Part shown: piece after piece, positions 61,101 to 64,000 of the stretch
Position numbering within the stretch: position 1 is the stretch's first letter
Layout: each line of letters begins with the position of its first letter
NCBI RefSeq assembly: GCF_964355755.1
Contig: NC_092670.1
Coordinates: forward strand, 27,018,795 to 27,082,794
DNA length: 64,000 nt
Reading direction: 5' to 3'
Origin: Antedon mediterranea
Lineage: Eukaryota; Animalia; Echinodermata
Made by a program: the position numbers and the translations under genes
The notes under the pieces: model-generated
Databases searched by the model: none
What the model was told of the DNA's origin: nothing
What the model saw: the letters and a program-made list of their open reading frames with translations, nothing else

Positions 61101-62147
61101 CAGACCTACGGAGTTATGCTTTTATATTGTACATGGCGTACAACTCCATTAGTGTTAATTCAATGCAAGTTGCGAGTCAGAAAATGCGAGTTACGAGTCG
61201 AAAAATGCGAGTTGGCTGTTACACATAATACTGTGTATATCTTCTCTTTTGTATTTATATGTCTATGGACAATTTGTCTGAAATAAAAGTTAAAAAAAAA
61301 TGATTATAAACATAAATAATTGACTATTATTGTAACAAAATTATATAGCTTTGAAAATTTGACCATTATCTGTAGGTATGGTATGTGTTTCCTTGCCCTA
61401 TTTATGGGATCTGCTTTTTAAATCATGCCTGTTTATAATCATCATTAACCATCTTGCCTTCTTGACTAAATACTGTAAACAATACTAACTGTACAATTAA
61501 TGTGAGTTTTTCTTACCAATCTATTATTATTTTCTCATTTAACAAGGCAAAAAGTTTAAATAATAACTTTAATCTACTATATTTACAATTATATTATTTC
61601 AAAATATAAACATTATTTTTTTGTGTTGAAATACAAAATAAGTTCATTTCAACAATTCTTAAACATCCATGTTATTGTTAAATAAAACAATCACTAGTCA
61701 GTAATTGTTAAACACGTGCTTAAACTGGTCATATATGAAAAAAACACTCTAATAATACCCTTAATAAATCATTAAAAACTAAATTTAAATTGTAATTTAA
61801 TTACTAATTGTTTGGTTCCTGTATCTATTTTTTGGGTGTACCTGTATAGTATATAATGGTTTTTTAATGATACGACCTCCTTGAAAAATGATTTTTAGTG
61901 AACAAGTTTTTGCATTTTCCGACCCGCAACTCGCATTTTCCGACTCGCAACTCGCATTTTCCCACTCGCATTTTCTGACTCGCAACTTGCACTTTCCGAC
62001 TCGCAACTCGCACTTTCCGACTCGCAACTCGCACTTTCCGACCCGCAACTCGCACTTTCAGACTCGCAACTCGCATTTTCCGACTCGCAACTCGCATTTT
62101 TCTACTCGCAACTCACACAAAAGAAACCCTCCAACTCCATAGGTCTG
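61101..62147. mobile_element. TIR element (CAGACCTAyGGAGTT) with inverted subterminal 19-20-bp minisatellites
   Basis: TIRs at 61101-61115 and 62133-62147; (CCGACTCGCAACTCGCAyTTT)n at about 61910-62115 and inverted at 61165-61213; no TSD visible. Confidence 0.6.
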
Positions 62148-62221
62148 AACCAGGAAAAATGAGTTGAAGCCACCTCTTACGTCACTAATCTTTCGTTTGT
62201 TGCGATAGTTCAAGGTGATTA

Positions 62222-62766
62222 GATGAGTATTTTGACACCAATTTTGCTTATGTATTCCTAGTGATCACTAAGATGTCTATAAAATTAAAATATGCTTAGG
62301 TCAATAGTTCAAAGGTCAAAATAAAAGGTTTCTAAGGGAATTTAGCATTTTTCTTATGAATAGAAAGTTGGGCATTCTGAATAATTTGGGACAATTTTGA
62401 AGTCTCTACGGCCAGTCGTTGATGAGATATTTAGATAATCCAAATTTATGGTCAAAGGTCAAAACAGGCATTTCCGGTCATTTTTTTAAAAACTTCTCCA
62501 TTACAGTGAATATAAATATTGGTCTTCTGAGTATTTTGACACCAAAATTGTTTACTTGCACCTACTGGTTGTCAAAATATGGTAAATAATGTTAAAAGGT
62601 GGCCGCCATTTTGAAAAATGGCCTAATCTGGTTGAAGCACAACGGGGAAACCCGGGGACTTTTAGTATGTTGTTCCAGACAACATTAGGGACCTATCGTG
62701 AAAAATTCAGCTTTAGCATATTTATTTCTACCTTGGCCCTTTTTTTGTCTAATAACTCCTAGACTA
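62222..62766. mobile_element. Isolated right arm of the same Academ-type family as 57042-60272
   Basis: Near-identical to 59735-60272; ends GTCTAATAACTCCTAGACTA. Confidence 0.85.
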
Positions 62767-63052
62767 CTGTATATAGAGAATACTAATAATGAAATTGTTA
62801 TATACCCCCAGTACAGTAGTAATGCATTGGCTGACTCAAAGAAACATGTACTGATAACAAATGTATCATCTTGCCTACTGGCACCATAGCTAGACAACAT
62901 CTCTCCCCTCCTAATTTTAAATTAGGGAGTGTAATCAATTAACCAAGGGTAGTAACAAAATGCAAGGCAAGCGCGGCAAGTCACAAATTTATGCGAGGCA
63001 TCATTTCTCAAAATTGCCAGGCAGGAAATCACCGAAATTGAAGTAGCCTAGG

Positions 63053-63786
63053 CTAGTTCCCTTTTGCACCTGCCTTGTATTTTAACTCGAAATTTGTTAA
63101 CCATGCTTTATCCTGAATACCACACCTTAGAATTAGTAGGCCTACTTTAATGAAGAATAAATCCGTTAAATTGGTGATTTTACGGACGTTTTTTACTGTT
63201 CGCGAATTTCGCACACTCAGTGTTCAATATTTTGGTTTCTATGAAACGCCAAAAGAGCAAAATTAATTAGAGGGCTAAAAACTCTGGAATCTTTATATTT
63301 AACGCATTATTTGGTGAAGATTATGTCAGTAAGGAAAAATGTTACTGTTGATACTGTACACGGTTTCGTTAACCTTTTAAAGAATAAAATAGAAAAATTC
63401 ATCATAATATCCTTAGTAGGATGTCCTAGGTCTAGGCTAGGTAGTGATGTTGATTTTCTTTGAAAACAGAACAGTATCAGCAGTAACATTATTACAGTAT
63501 TTTTATTGACAGATTAACAAATATATTGAAATAAAACGTGTTTTTCACAAATAAATGCATGAAAAATTAACAGATTCCACTAAGTTTTAGTCCTCTATTA
63601 TCGTAGAAACAAAAATATTGAACATGCGTGAAATTCGCGAACAGTGTGCGAGAAACACGCCTGTAATTTAAGGATTTATTTGTTACTTTTTATGTGATTC
63701 TTTCATTAGAGTACTCATGAGTGTGGTATTCACACGATAAAGCTAGTAATCAAATTTGGAGTAAAAATACAAGCGAAGGAAACTAG
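63053..63786. mobile_element. MITE-like element with long imperfect inverted arms
   Basis: ttgtattttaactcgaaatttg..gaataccacac..actgttcgcgaatttc (63075-63210) is mirrored at 63628-63772. Confidence 0.6.
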
Positions 63787-64000
63787 CGCCAGGTTTATTA
63801 GTATGTACATGGACAACAATAAATAAAAATCGTAATATACCTATAGCCTACAGCCTACTAAAACAGGAATAGTGTATCATTATTAAAAATATTACACCAA
63901 TTATTATAATATAAAAATTATTAAAGATTATTTATTTTCTGCATAGGCCTCTAGGTTAGGGCTAAGCATATTAGCTAAAGTTTAATTTTAGGCCTAGTAT

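Noticed and set aside
61797-62142. Regular 19-20-bp repeats and repetitive ORFs resembling a CRISPR array or repeat protein
   Set aside because: Repeats are contiguous with no unique spacers, there are no cas genes and the context is eukaryotic; they are subterminal minisatellites of a TIR element

Overview
AT-rich animal genomic DNA, probably from a marine invertebrate (inferred from the Academ, Penelope, Nin-SINE and Helentron repertoire); nothing prokaryotic is evident. One host gene is present: the 3' six coding exons of the meiotic recombination gene HOP2/PSMC3IP on the + strand (7885-60606). Its N-terminal exons were not found and probably lie upstream. The introns (33.4 kb and 15.6 kb for the two largest) consist largely of deeply nested transposons, many of which can be delimited to the base by TSDs and TIRs. 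Main points: (1) a Penelope-derived cluster with minimal hammerhead ribozymes, two of them in tandem 313 nt apart on the HOP2 sense strand (retrozyme-like), plus a U3-A8 covariant hammerhead. (2) A young Gypsy element with identical LTRs and a tRNA-Trp PBS that lacks its protease and gag N-terminus. (3) A nest of L1 > Academ > (SINE > Gypsy; L2 > probable P-element excision footprint). (4) Helentron-like non-autonomous elements inserted into their own kind twice, one possibly as an 8.8-kb cargo-carrying composite. All calls come from manual reading and motif recall; no database search was run.
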